Of a stretch of 24,000 bases of DNA, positions 9,289 to 18,132 are shown piece by piece. The notes beneath the pieces were generated by a model. It had not been told where the DNA came from. It did not search any database and saw only the letters and a program-made list of their open reading frames with translations. The DNA is from Patescibacteria group bacterium (GTDB taxonomy: Bacteria; Patescibacteriota; Microgenomatia; UBA8517), in contig JANWVB010000003.1 of NCBI GenBank assembly GCA_025057695.1, positions 1,136-25,135 on the forward strand, in the 5' to 3' direction. The translations under genes and the position numbers were made by a program. Each line of letters starts with the position of its first letter. Positions within the stretch are counted from its first letter, which is position 1.

Positions 9289-10280
9289 AACCATCCTAAT
9301 TGACTGTGATGAATTTCCGCTTTTACTTCAAAATTTGTTGTGTTAGACGGAATTGTGTATTCATAATAAAACTCGGAAGTATTAGGTCTTAAATTAGTTG
9401 TTTCTGGTTTTTGCACACCGTTTATTGTGAACCTTGCTTTGTCAAAATTTCCAGATGTAGTTGTTCCACCTACACTAAATCTAACAACATCTCCAGCTTT
9501 AAGTTGTGAGAGTTGTTGCATATTCAATTGTTGCCAATTTTTGTCATAAGCAACAACGTTATTGCAAGAAGCTGAGATAGTGACTGGCGGTGTTGTCTCG
9601 GCTTGATAATTTCCTTCGTTTTGGCAATCAATAGTCCCACGCACTTTCCAAGTAAATCCTTGTTGTGACGGAACGCTAACGGTTCCTATTGTGGCTCCTT
9701 GTCCTGAATTTAGTTCGGGGACTGATAGAGTTGAAACTAGGGTGTTATTTATATAGACTTGAGCTTGTTGAGGGCGTTCATTGTATCTAGAACCGTTTTG
9801 AACGGTTACTACTCCTGTACGTGAGACATTAAACTTGTATTTCGAACAATCCCAAGCGCTACCTATGTTTAATTGTTGTTTTTGCACTAAAATTACACTA
9901 GTTCCTATAGCTCCTATCATAAGTACTACCCCTAAAATTGTGGCGACTATTTTTATCCCTCCATATTTTTTGGGAGTGTGGGGAGATTTTATTACACTTT
10001 GAAAGCCATTTTGCGTTTGCAAATCACTTGAAAAGCTGTTTGGAGATTGCGTTGGCAGTTCATTTAGTAAATCACTTGGTAAAGTTTGTGATTGTTCAGA
10101 TAAAGTTTTATCTTTTAGATTATCGATTTTATTTGTCAAAAGTTGATTCGCACTTGATTTTGTTGTGTCGGTTTGCGCGGACAGTGTATTTTCATTGTTA
10201 GCATCACTGCTAGTCTCTAAGTTTAACCAATCATTTCTTAAATTATTGTTATTTGAATCTTGGGCAGAGTTACCTTGCAT
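9285..10280 (-). CDS. Hypothetical bitopic membrane protein: disordered N/Q/S/T-rich N-terminus, one TM, two beta-rich extracytoplasmic modules
   Basis: 331 aa, ATG at 10280. About 105 low-complexity residues precede the TM IKIVATILGVVLMIGAIGTSVILV, followed by Cys-bracketed beta-rich sequence. Its TGA stop overlaps the next gene's ATG. Confidence 0.6.
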   Translation of the reverse strand: MQGNSAQDSNNNNLRNDWLNLETSSDANNENTLSAQTDTTKSSANQLLTNKIDNLKDKTLSEQSQTLPSDLLNELPTQSPNSFSSDLQTQNGFQSVIKSPHTPKKYGGIKIVATILGVVLMIGAIGTSVILVQKQQLNIGSAWDCSKYKFNVSRTGVVTVQNGSRYNERPQQAQVYINNTLVSTLSVPELNSGQGATIGTVSVPSQQGFTWKVRGTIDCQNEGNYQAETTPPVTISASCNNVVAYDKNWQQLNMQQLSQLKAGDVVRFSVGGTTTSGNFDKARFTINGVQKPETTNLRPNTSEFYYEYTIPSNTTNFEVKAEIHHSQLGWL

Positions 10281-10335
10281 ATATTACATTCTAAACAAAG
10301 AAGAAAACAAAACTTAAGATTGTTAATCAAATCTA

Positions 10336-10365
10336 ATCATAATCAAAAAACAAACTTAGCGTCAA
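10336..10365 (-). promoter_or_regulatory. Candidate internal promoter TTGACG-N18-TATGAT
   Basis: On the minus strand, TTGACG lies at 10365-10360 and TATGAT at 10341-10336. It sits in the only sizeable gap (101 nt) of the pilN-led gene run, about 55 nt upstream of the ATG at 10280. Confidence 0.3.
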
Positions 10366-10381
10366 CATGAAATCGTCGCTT

Positions 10382-11074
10382 TTATTCCAAAAACACATTC
10401 ATGTTCTGCGCAAGAATGGGAACTGTTCTGATTTCTTTAGAAGAATTGTAGGCGTATACTTTTATATCTAGTACTGTTTTTTGTTCATCCATTACTATAT
10501 GATTAGATAAGCTTTGTGTTCGTGCTTGAGAAATATCAATACTCCATTTGCCTTCATAATCTGAGATTGTAGAAAGAGGACTACTGCCTGAAACATAAAC
10601 TAGTATTACGGCATTTTCTATTGGTTCGTTGTCTTTTGAAAATATTTGTCCGTTAATAAAGTAACTTTTAACTTGGTCTTTTGCTTTTTGCGCTGTTTTG
10701 AAATTCCAAGCTTTATTTTTAAATTCATTTCCATTTACAAAAATAGAAAATTCATACAAACTAGAAGCACTAAGCGATTCTATTTCAACAGAGTTTATAA
10801 TCTTAGGTTTAGTGTAATTTGGTAAGGCAACTTTCGTGGATCCAGAATTTACATCATTGAATTTAACAAACCCAGTCGAGGGTGCTTGTGTTTTCCAACT
10901 AATTGTTACAGAATTTTCATTTATGTTTGTAACCCAGACTTGAGTGATTTCCGTTTTAGGATCGGCGCGTAGTCTAAAAACAACTTTTTGTTGCAACATA
11001 GTAATTCCTGAAGCAATGCCAAACAAAAGCAAAAATACTCCAAAAAAAACTACCAACTGGTTTTTATTTTTCAT
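10382..11074 (-). CDS. Hypothetical membrane-anchored protein with an FN3-like and a carboxypeptidase-regulatory-like beta-sandwich
   Basis: 230 aa with an N-terminal TM (LVVFFGVFLLLFGIASGITML). NSVTISWKTQAPSTGFVKF...YEFSIFV resembles FN3 or the purple-acid-phosphatase N-domain. INGQIFSKDNEPIENAVILVY...DYEGKWSI resembles CarboxypepD_reg. Confidence 0.5.
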   Translation of the reverse strand: MKNKNQLVVFFGVFLLLFGIASGITMLQQKVVFRLRADPKTEITQVWVTNINENSVTISWKTQAPSTGFVKFNDVNSGSTKVALPNYTKPKIINSVEIESLSASSLYEFSIFVNGNEFKNKAWNFKTAQKAKDQVKSYFINGQIFSKDNEPIENAVILVYVSGSSPLSTISDYEGKWSIDISQARTQSLSNHIVMDEQKTVLDIKVYAYNSSKEIRTVPILAQNMNVFLE

Positions 11075-11083
11075 GGTATTATT

Positions 11084-11377
11084 TCATTGTTCATTCAGCT
11101 TAATCTCAGATTTTTGCGATCTGTTTTGTAGTAAGTTTTGATTTACCGAATTTGTTAATGGCAAAGTTTCACCTTTCTGATAAAATTCTTTGCTCGCAAT
11201 TGTGTTTAAGAGTGCTAGATCGATTCCGGGGTTTAGAGGATTTAGTATTTCCTCTGGAATATTAACAGGTGATACTTTTTTTAGTGTTGAGTAAATGCCA
11301 TAAAAGACCCAAAAAACAATAGTGATTGTTGTTAAAACGACAAGTCCTACTAGCTTAGGAGGTTTGGGTTTTTGCAT
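11084..11377 (-). CDS. Small single-pass membrane protein, unknown function
   Basis: 97 aa: MQKPKPPK, then TM LVGLVVLTTITIVFWVFYGIY, then a polar tail. The start lies 1 nt after the pilO-like stop, and its own stop lies 9 nt before the next ATG. Confidence 0.5.
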   Translation of the reverse strand: MQKPKPPKLVGLVVLTTITIVFWVFYGIYSTLKKVSPVNIPEEILNPLNPGIDLALLNTIASKEFYQKGETLPLTNSVNQNLLQNRSQKSEIKLNEQ

Positions 11378-11378
11378 A

Positions 11379-12080
11379 TTAATTTATTTTTTTAGGCAAA
11401 TTATCATTTTTAGTATATGGCAGATATAGTTTTATATTCAACATAAGATTTTTGTTTTCCTTGTCTTTAACACTAGCAGTGTTTATTTGTGTAATTATTA
11501 AAGGCAATCTTTGTTTTTCAAGATCTGATAAAAAATTTTGTATGGATAAATATTCATTAAGAGGAACTTTTGCCACAACTGTAGTTTCCAAATAATAAAC
11601 ATTTTTGCTAGAGTTCTCAGGTAAGTTTATTTCATCAGCTTTACTTTCTGTTGATTGGTTATTTGTACCTAAAATCAAGGATCTCTCGATTGAAATATTG
11701 CTAATTGCCACATTGTGCTTGGCAGACAAACCTTCAATTTGTCTTATTATTGTTTCCGGATATGCTCCTGTTGGCACAGACTCAAAAACAAGCTTTATCT
11801 TGGACATCTCCCTGTCATATAAAATCTGAGCCTGTGTTATGCTTTGTATTTTTTTGTCCATTGTGTTGATAATTTGTGTGTTTGTATCGATTTCTTTTAT
11901 AAGTTGAGTTATTGTTGTGAGAGTTGGCTTCAACGCAAAAAGAGAAAATATTGAGATTGCAATTAGGGACAGGATTATTTCCAGGTAATTTATTAGGTCG
12001 TCTCTATTTTTGTACTGAGATATTATGTGTGAAAAGTAAGATCTATATCTTTGGTAGTTTTTTCTCCAAACAGGTATCAT
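11379..12080 (-). CDS. pilO: PilO-like type IV pilus alignment-complex protein
   Basis: 233 aa with a short cytoplasmic N-terminus, one TM (LEIILSLIAISIFSLFAL), a coiled-coil segment and a C-terminal alpha/beta region (NFLSDLEKQRLPLIITQINTAS...LMLNIKLYLPY). It forms an ATGA overlap with the upstream PilN-like gene. Confidence 0.5.
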   Translation of the reverse strand: MIPVWRKNYQRYRSYFSHIISQYKNRDDLINYLEIILSLIAISIFSLFALKPTLTTITQLIKEIDTNTQIINTMDKKIQSITQAQILYDREMSKIKLVFESVPTGAYPETIIRQIEGLSAKHNVAISNISIERSLILGTNNQSTESKADEINLPENSSKNVYYLETTVVAKVPLNEYLSIQNFLSDLEKQRLPLIITQINTASVKDKENKNLMLNIKLYLPYTKNDNLPKKIN

Positions 12081-12658
12081 AACTTTTGAATATTGTCAGT
12101 AGTTAAATTTTTTATTCCGATTTCAAAGTTTAAAATAGATATGTCTTTTTCGTTTGTTTTTATATTTAACAAAGATGCATCATTGAAAAATTGCCTGGAT
12201 TGGATATTTGTTATTAATTGCTGTATGCTTACTTCGTTAGGTGAAACTCCTTCTAAATTTAGACCAGTTTTGGCAGAGTAGTTTATAGATGTAAGATATA
12301 CATCTGCTGGCAGGCTTGAGGTTATCTCATTAAACCAATTTGATTTTTGATGGCTGTTATCTGTTATATTTTTATATATCTCCAGTTTTGATTGCAAATC
12401 TCTAAACTCACGTTCAAAATCAAGCGTTGCGCTTATGGCGGCTTTTTTATTTGAAATTTCATCTTTTTGGTCGTTGATTTTTGCGTCAAGCCAGAATCTG
12501 GATAGAAACGCGATCATTACAAGAAGTTCTGTGATGATAACTATTATTCTGAATGTAGATGCTGTCCAAGAAAGAATTCTGCCTGCGACAGTTTGAGAGA
12601 AACTTTTGCTTGGCAGTAAGTTTATATCAGAACTTCTTTTTTTGGCTTTTGATGGCAT
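12077..12658 (-). CDS. pilN: PilN-like type IV pilus alignment-complex protein
   Basis: 193 aa with the N-terminal INLLP motif (the PilM-binding peptide of PilN), a single TM (FRIIVIITELLVMIAFLSRFW), a coiled coil and a C-terminal ferredoxin-like region. Confidence 0.6.
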   Translation of the reverse strand: MPSKAKKRSSDINLLPSKSFSQTVAGRILSWTASTFRIIVIITELLVMIAFLSRFWLDAKINDQKDEISNKKAAISATLDFEREFRDLQSKLEIYKNITDNSHQKSNWFNEITSSLPADVYLTSINYSAKTGLNLEGVSPNEVSIQQLITNIQSRQFFNDASLLNIKTNEKDISILNFEIGIKNLTTDNIQKL

Positions 12659-12763
12659 AGCGAATCGTAAAGATCAAGAATGTTTTTCTTATAAAATCAA
12701 TATATCAAAACACAAAAACCAAAGTAAATGATAGAAATTATTCTATCTAAAAAAATGAAGCGC

Positions 12764-12988
12764 TTAAGATGAAAAAGAACTTTTAATTCTATCGGCTTTT
12801 TTGGTGTGAATTACATGTTTTTTTGCCGCCTTGTCCGCGAGCGAATAGACCAAAGAGATATCTTTCTTGTTTTTTGTTTTCTTTGCCTTACGGATTGCAA
12901 TCTCAAGCTTTGCAATCGTAGCTTTATTTTGTATTGCTTTTTTTTGAGATGATCGAAGCGCCCTTTTTGCTGTTTTTGTTACTGGCAT
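12764..12988 (-). CDS. rpsT: 30S ribosomal protein S20
   Basis: 74 aa, highly basic: MPVTKTAKRALRSSQKKAIQNKA...; typical S20 N-terminus and composition. Confidence 0.85.
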   Translation of the reverse strand: MPVTKTAKRALRSSQKKAIQNKATIAKLEIAIRKAKKTKNKKDISLVYSLADKAAKKHVIHTKKADRIKSSFSS

Positions 12989-13026
12989 AGATAAATTTGT
13001 TTAGTACTTTATTTGTACATTTACCG

Positions 13027-13055
13027 AGTATAATTCAACAAGAGTTAAATATCAA
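13027..13055 (-). promoter_or_regulatory. Candidate rpsT promoter TTGATA-N17-TATACT
   Basis: On the minus strand, TTGATA lies at 13055-13050 and TATACT at 13032-13027, about 40 nt upstream of the rpsT ATG. It overlaps back-to-back with a plus-strand TATAAT at 13029-13034 that faces murJ. Confidence 0.35.
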
Positions 13056-13068
13056 CAACTTGGATTTT

Positions 13069-14793
13069 ATGAGAGGGTTAATAGCTAAAAGCAAGAACTT
13101 TTTATCGTCTTCTCAAGATACGGTTTTTTCCGCGGCAGGAATAATCATGTTTATGATTGTCGCCTCAAAAATTCTTGGGCTTGTTAGAAACACAATATTA
13201 CTTGAGCTTTTCCCGGCGGAGGAAGTTTCGCTTTTTTTTGCGGCATTCAGATTGCCGGATACCATATTTGAAGTTTTAGTTTTTGGGACATTCTCTTCAG
13301 CTTTTATTCCTGTTTTCACAAAAGCCATGAAAAAAGATAAATCTTGTGCTTGGAATGTTGCTTCAACAGTTATGAATTGGGGGGTGGTAATTTTTGGCAT
13401 TATTGGAGTATTGGTTGCAATCTTTGCTGATAATATTTACCAAATTGTCGCGCCTGGCTATACTGAAGCACAAAGACAAATTATTGTTGATCAAGCAAGA
13501 ATACTGTTGATTGCGCAAGTATTTTTTGTGGCGAGTTATGTTTTGACTGGGGTATTGGAGTCTTTAAGAAGATTTTTAATTCCCGCTTTGGCCCCAATTT
13601 TTTATAATGCAGGCATTGTTTTAACGACTTATTTTTTGGCAAAAGATTTTGGACTAATGGCACCAACTTATGGGGTATTATTGGGTGCGATTGCTCATTT
13701 TGCGATTCAATTGCCACTTGCTGTTAAGTTGGGTTTCCGAATTAATTTGAAATTTAATATAACCGGAGAAGTTAAAAATATTGGCAAGCTCGCAACTCCC
13801 AGATTAATAGAAACTATCTTTATTCAATTTTCAAAAATGGTTGAACTTTTTTTAGCTTCGCTTGTGTCTACTGCGTCTTATGCGTATTTTTATCTTGGTA
13901 ACACTTTGCAATCTCTTCCCGTTGGACTTTTCGGCATATCAATAGCCAAAGCGGCCTTGCCTACCTTGTCGGATTTATCTGATGACTTTTCTAAATTTAG
14001 GCAGATGTTAAACAAATTACTTTCTCATGTTATCTTTTTTATTGTTCCATTTGCAGTGATGATGATAGTGCTTCGCGTTCCAATTGTAAGAATTGTTTAC
14101 GGGCGCGAGCTTTTTGATTGGCAGTCTACGTATCAGACTAGTCTAGTCTTGTCCGCATTTGCTGTGGGAATTTTATCGCAAGCGGGAATTGCGCTTTTGT
14201 CTAGAGCGTTTTATGCGTTGCATGACACAAAGACTCCAGTCGTTGTCGCAATTATCACAATACTTAGCATCATATTGGTAAATTTTATTTTGATTAAAGT
14301 TTTAAATGTGGATGTTTGGGGGTTGGCGGCTTCTTATTCTTTTTGTATAACTTTTCAATTTGTGGCTCTTTATGTACTTTTGTTTAAAAGGCTTGGTGGA
14401 ATCAAAGTTGTTGATATTATTCCAATTTTGCAATCTTTGTTTGCCGGAATTATTTCAGGTTTTGTCATGTTTTTTCTACTTAAGTTTTTTGACAGGTCTG
14501 TATGGATTAAGAAGATATCTTTTCTTGGACAGTTGGATATTGTTCAAAATATTCCCTTTGAAATTTTTGTTTTGGATACAAGATATACAAATAATTTATT
14601 AGCGCTGACATTTTTTGTTAGCATAATTGGTATTTTTACATATTTATTATGCGCTTTTTTAGTTGGTTCAAAAGAAGTTGGTTCTTCTGTTTCTTGTTTT
14701 TTGCAGATGGTTAAACGCAAAAAGCAAAAGCAGACGCTTGCGAAAGATACTGAAACAATAACTCCCACATCAGGCGATTCAATTTTAAGTTGA
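13069..14793 (+). CDS. murJ: Lipid II flippase MurJ (MviN family)
   Basis: Multi-TM MOP-superfamily protein. The N-terminus ILGLVRNTILLELFPAEEVSLFFAAFRLPDTIF is MurJ-typical. The track start at 12997 is TTG, only 8 nt from the rpsT ATG and inside the rpsT promoter/5'UTR, so the ATG at 13069 (MRGLIAKSKNF...) is preferred. Confidence 0.8.
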   Translation: MRGLIAKSKNFLSSSQDTVFSAAGIIMFMIVASKILGLVRNTILLELFPAEEVSLFFAAFRLPDTIFEVLVFGTFSSAFIPVFTKAMKKDKSCAWNVASTVMNWGVVIFGIIGVLVAIFADNIYQIVAPGYTEAQRQIIVDQARILLIAQVFFVASYVLTGVLESLRRFLIPALAPIFYNAGIVLTTYFLAKDFGLMAPTYGVLLGAIAHFAIQLPLAVKLGFRINLKFNITGEVKNIGKLATPRLIETIFIQFSKMVELFLASLVSTASYAYFYLGNTLQSLPVGLFGISIAKAALPTLSDLSDDFSKFRQMLNKLLSHVIFFIVPFAVMMIVLRVPIVRIVYGRELFDWQSTYQTSLVLSAFAVGILSQAGIALLSRAFYALHDTKTPVVVAIITILSIILVNFILIKVLNVDVWGLAASYSFCITFQFVALYVLLFKRLGGIKVVDIIPILQSLFAGIISGFVMFFLLKFFDRSVWIKKISFLGQLDIVQNIPFEIFVLDTRYTNNLLALTFFVSIIGIFTYLLCAFLVGSKEVGSSVSCFLQMVKRKKQKQTLAKDTETITPTSGDSILS

Positions 14794-14801
14794 ATAAACA
14801 C

Positions 14802-14830
14802 TTGACAATTTTTAGCACTCAAAATATACT
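14802..14830 (+). promoter_or_regulatory. hrcA operon promoter TTGACA-N17-TATACT
   Basis: TTGACA lies at 14802-14807 and TATACT at 14825-14830 with a 17-nt spacer. It begins 9 nt after the murJ stop and overlaps the CIRCE operator. Confidence 0.6.
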
Positions 14831-14838
14831 AGTGCTAA
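14812..14838 (+). promoter_or_regulatory. CIRCE operator (HrcA binding site)
   Basis: TTAGCACTC-N9-TAGTGCTAA against the consensus TTAGCACTC-N9-GAGTGCTAA (17/18 match), directly upstream of hrcA. Confidence 0.85.
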
Positions 14839-14851
14839 ATTGTGTCGACTT

Positions 14852-15592
14852 ATGATAAACGCTTTATCTACAAGGCAGACAAATATCTTAAGGGCTCTTA
14901 TTGATGAATATATAGAAACTGCTGAGCCAGTGGGATCTGAAAGTTTGGAAAAGAAGTATAATCTTGGTGTATCTCCGGCTACAATACGAAATGAAATGGC
15001 TCATCTTACAAAAATAGGATATTTGCGTCAGCCACACGCTTCTGCGGGGCGTGTGCCAACGCCTCTGGCGATGAAGTTTTACATTGACCAATTAATGGAG
15101 GAAAGGAAGTTGTCAGTAGCCGAGGAAGTTAAGGCTAAAGAAAATGTTTGGAATGCAAAAAATGATTTAGATGAAGTTTTGGAAAAAGCGACATACATGC
15201 TTTCGGGCATGACAAAAAATCTTGCCGTTGCCACAGTTTTGCCAAACAAAAAAGTATGGCATTGGGGGCACTCCAGTGTTTTGCGAAATCCTGAGTTTTA
15301 TGATGTTAATTTAACAGCCTCTTTGTTTTCATGCATTGAGCAGATAGAGCGTTTGCAGGAACTTTTCTTTGAACATATGACTGGTAGTACTCCCGTTGAA
15401 GTTATTTTTGGTGAAGATTTAGGTTGGCCAGGTTTTGGTCCAGTGGCAATTGTTGGCGCTAGGTTTAGTGTTCAAGACAAGCAAATAGGGCTTGGGGTTA
15501 TAGGCCCAATGAGATTGGAATATCAAGAAGTTATCCCAAGGATAAGGTATATTCAAAATTTAATCGGCGAGGTCTTAGGATATGAAAGATAG
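14852..15592 (+). CDS. hrcA: Heat-inducible transcription repressor HrcA (short, about 246 aa)
   Basis: N-terminal wHTH: LSTRQTNILRALIDEYIETAEPVGSESL...VSPATIRNEMAHLTKIGYLRQPHASAGRVPT. C-terminal GLGVIGPMRLEYQEVIPRIRY. The ATG at 14852 is preferred over the track's TTG at 14840. Confidence 0.85.
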   Translation: MINALSTRQTNILRALIDEYIETAEPVGSESLEKKYNLGVSPATIRNEMAHLTKIGYLRQPHASAGRVPTPLAMKFYIDQLMEERKLSVAEEVKAKENVWNAKNDLDEVLEKATYMLSGMTKNLAVATVLPNKKVWHWGHSSVLRNPEFYDVNLTASLFSCIEQIERLQELFFEHMTGSTPVEVIFGEDLGWPGFGPVAIVGARFSVQDKQIGLGVIGPMRLEYQEVIPRIRYIQNLIGEVLGYER

Positions 15593-16082
15593 TAAACAAG
15601 CAAAGGTAAAAAAACAAGAGGACGCTCAACAAGCAAGTGGAATTGATCAGTCTAAAAAAGAAGTTTTAAACGATGCTGAAATGGTTCCTAAAACTCAACT
15701 TGCAAGGGCTTTGGCAGATTATGACAATCTAAAAAAGCGTATAGAGCAGGAAAAAAGCGTTTGGTTAAAATTTGCTACTCAAGAGGTAATTGCCAGGCTT
15801 TTACCTGTTTTAGATATGTTTGAAGCAGCGCAAAAGCATTTAAATGATCAAGGTTTGGATATAGCTTTGAATGGGTTTAAGAAGGTATTGATTGATCAAG
15901 ATTTGGTTGAGATAATACCAAAGGTAGGTGAAGACTTTGATCATGATTTACATGAAGTTGTAGAAGTCGTAGATGGGGAAGATGGAAAAATTGTTGAAGT
16001 TTTGCAAAGCGGTTGGAAGTTTAAAGAAGGCGCTGTTATAAGACATGCGAGAGTAAAAGTAAGTAAAAAGCAGTCTAATTAA
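15582..16082 (+). CDS. grpE: Nucleotide exchange factor GrpE
   Basis: 166 aa with [19 protein letters not shown] (the ADFxNxRKR motif), a C-terminal beta domain ending VIRHARVKV, and an 11-nt overlap with hrcA. Confidence 0.85.
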   Translation: MKDSKQAKVKKQEDAQQASGIDQSKKEVLNDAEMVPKTQLARALADYDNLKKRIEQEKSVWLKFATQEVIARLLPVLDMFEAAQKHLNDQGLDIALNGFKKVLIDQDLVEIIPKVGEDFDHDLHEVVEVVDGEDGKIVEVLQSGWKFKEGAVIRHARVKVSKKQSN

Positions 16083-16179
16083 CAAATTAACAATTGCTAA
16101 AGATTTTAATCAGTGCAAAATTTTGATTTTCGCCTTGATTAATGTCTTTAGTAATTTAGCTAAATTTGAAATATCGCTT

Positions 16180-18102
16180 ATGGGAAAAATTGTAGGCATA
16201 GATCTTGGAACCACCAATAGTGTTGTAGCCGTGATGGAAGGTGGGCAACCTAAAGTGATACCTGCTTCAGACACCGGCAGAAATGTGACTCCTTCTGTAG
16301 TCGAACCAGTGAAAAATCTTGTTGGCGATGTGGCAAAGCGTCAAATGATTTTAAATCCTAAAAACACTATTTATTCCGCCAAGCGGCTAATGGGTAGAAG
16401 AATAGATGATGAAGAAGTCAAACGCACACAAAAAATGGTTCCTTTTGAAATTAGGGCAGGCAAAGACAGAATGGCTGTGATTAGGGTAGAAGGTAAAGAT
16501 TATACTCCTCAGGAAATTGGGGCAAGAGTTCTAATGAAGTTGAAAAAAGATGCAGAAGCGTATTTAGGTGAGACAGTAACACAAGCTGTTATTACAGTTC
16601 CAGCTTACTTTGATGATGCTCAACGTCAAGCCACAAAACAGGCTGGTGAGATTGCGGGGCTTAAAGTGGAGCGTATTATAAATGAGCCGACGGCTGCGGC
16701 TTTGGCTTATGGTTTGGATAAGAAAAACGCTCAAAAAATTGCTGTTTATGATCTTGGTGGAGGAACTTTTGATATTTCAATTCTCGAGTTAGGAGATGGT
16801 GTTTTTGAGGTAAAGGCAACAAATGGTGATACGCATCTTGGAGGAGACGATTTTGATGAAAAACTAGTGGATTATATTTGTGACGAATTTAAAAAAGATA
16901 ACGGAGTAGATTTAAGGCAAGATAAGCAAGCTTTGCAAAGAGTAAGGGATGCCGCAGAAAAAGCAAAGATAGAACTCTCTGCTGCAGCAGAAGTAGAAAT
17001 CAACCAGCCGTATATTACTCAGCACAATGGGCAACCGCTTCATTTGACAATGAAAATCACTAGGGCAAAGTTTGAAGGTTTAGTTGCGGATTTGATCGCG
17101 CGTACCATGAAACCAGTGGAAGCGGCATTAAAAGACGCAAAACTGAAAGCTTCGGATATTGATGAGGTGATTATGGTTGGAGGGATGACCCGCATGCCTA
17201 AAGTTATAGAAACTGTAAAAGAATTTTTTGGCAAAGAACCGAATAAGTCTGTGAATCCTGACGAAGTTGTTGCGATTGGAGCGGCTATTCAAGGTGGAGT
17301 TTTAGGAGGAGAAGTAAAGGACATTTTACTTTTAGACGTGACACCTCTTACTCTTGCTATTGAAACTCTTGGGGGTGTTGCAACTCCAATGATTGCAAGA
17401 AATACCACAATTCCGGCTTCCAAGACTGAAATATTTTCAACTGCGGCAGACAATCAGACTCAGGTTGAAATTCATATTACTCAGGGAGAAAGACCGCTTT
17501 CTGTTGATAATAAATCTTTGGGCAGGTTTATTCTTGATGGCATACCACCAGCTCCGCGCGGTATTCCGCAAATTGAAGTTACTTTTGATATCGACGCCTC
17601 AGGAATATTAAAAGTAAGTGCCAAAGACAAGGCAAGTGGTAAGGAGCAACACATTACCATTTCGGGAGCTGTTGGCTTGTCTGACGAGGAAGTCAAAAAG
17701 ATGCAAGAAGAGGCTGAAAAGCATAAAGCTGAAGATGAGAAAAAAGCAGAATTGATTATGGCCAAAAACCAAGCTGATTCCATGGTGGTTGCGGCAGAAA
17801 AAGCGCTAAAAGATGCTGGAGAAAAAGCTCCTTCTGATGTCAAGTCTCAAGTGGAAGAAAAAATCAAAGCAGTAAAAAATTTGTTGGCAAATGAAAATTC
17901 AACCAAAGAGCAAATAGAATCTGCAACCAAAGATTTGTCTGAAGCTTTGTCTAAAATTGGCGAGGCAATGTATAAGAATCAACCATCTGCCGCAGATACC
18001 AGTTTTGAAGGTGATAAATCTAGTGCAGATAGCGCTAGCGATTCATCAAAATCTGACAAAAAGAAGGATGGCGATGTAGAGGAAGGCGAAGTTGTGGGGT
18101 AA
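16180..18102 (+). CDS. dnaK: Molecular chaperone DnaK (Hsp70)
   Basis: [32 protein letters not shown] and [17 protein letters not shown]. The true start is the ATG at 16180; the track's 16123 adds 19 non-homologous residues. Confidence 0.95.
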   Translation: MGKIVGIDLGTTNSVVAVMEGGQPKVIPASDTGRNVTPSVVEPVKNLVGDVAKRQMILNPKNTIYSAKRLMGRRIDDEEVKRTQKMVPFEIRAGKDRMAVIRVEGKDYTPQEIGARVLMKLKKDAEAYLGETVTQAVITVPAYFDDAQRQATKQAGEIAGLKVERIINEPTAAALAYGLDKKNAQKIAVYDLGGGTFDISILELGDGVFEVKATNGDTHLGGDDFDEKLVDYICDEFKKDNGVDLRQDKQALQRVRDAAEKAKIELSAAAEVEINQPYITQHNGQPLHLTMKITRAKFEGLVADLIARTMKPVEAALKDAKLKASDIDEVIMVGGMTRMPKVIETVKEFFGKEPNKSVNPDEVVAIGAAIQGGVLGGEVKDILLLDVTPLTLAIETLGGVATPMIARNTTIPASKTEIFSTAADNQTQVEIHITQGERPLSVDNKSLGRFILDGIPPAPRGIPQIEVTFDIDASGILKVSAKDKASGKEQHITISGAVGLSDEEVKKMQEEAEKHKAEDEKKAELIMAKNQADSMVVAAEKALKDAGEKAPSDVKSQVEEKIKAVKNLLANENSTKEQIESATKDLSEALSKIGEAMYKNQPSAADTSFEGDKSSADSASDSSKSDKKKDGDVEEGEVVG

Positions 18103-18132
18103 ATAATTAAGTGCGAGCTAAAACCAATTAAT

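Noticed and set aside
12997-13068. TTG 12997 as the MurJ start (track coordinates)
   Set aside because: It lies only 8 nt from the divergent rpsT ATG. The added 24 residues overlap the rpsT promoter/5'UTR and do not resemble a MurJ N-terminus. The ATG at 13069 is preferred, though this is not proven.
16123-16179. N-terminal 19-residue extension of DnaK, and similar TTG-initiated extensions of HrcA (14840) and DUF2298 (6736)
   Set aside because: These track ORFs begin at the first possible alternative start. The conserved protein N-termini ([30 protein letters not shown]) begin at downstream ATGs.
16083-16179. Possible third CIRCE or promoter upstream of dnaK (ttgctaaag ... ttagtaatttagctaaa)
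   Set aside because: Only short TTAG/CTAA fragments are present. There is no 9-N9-9 inverted repeat and no convincing -35/-10 pair.
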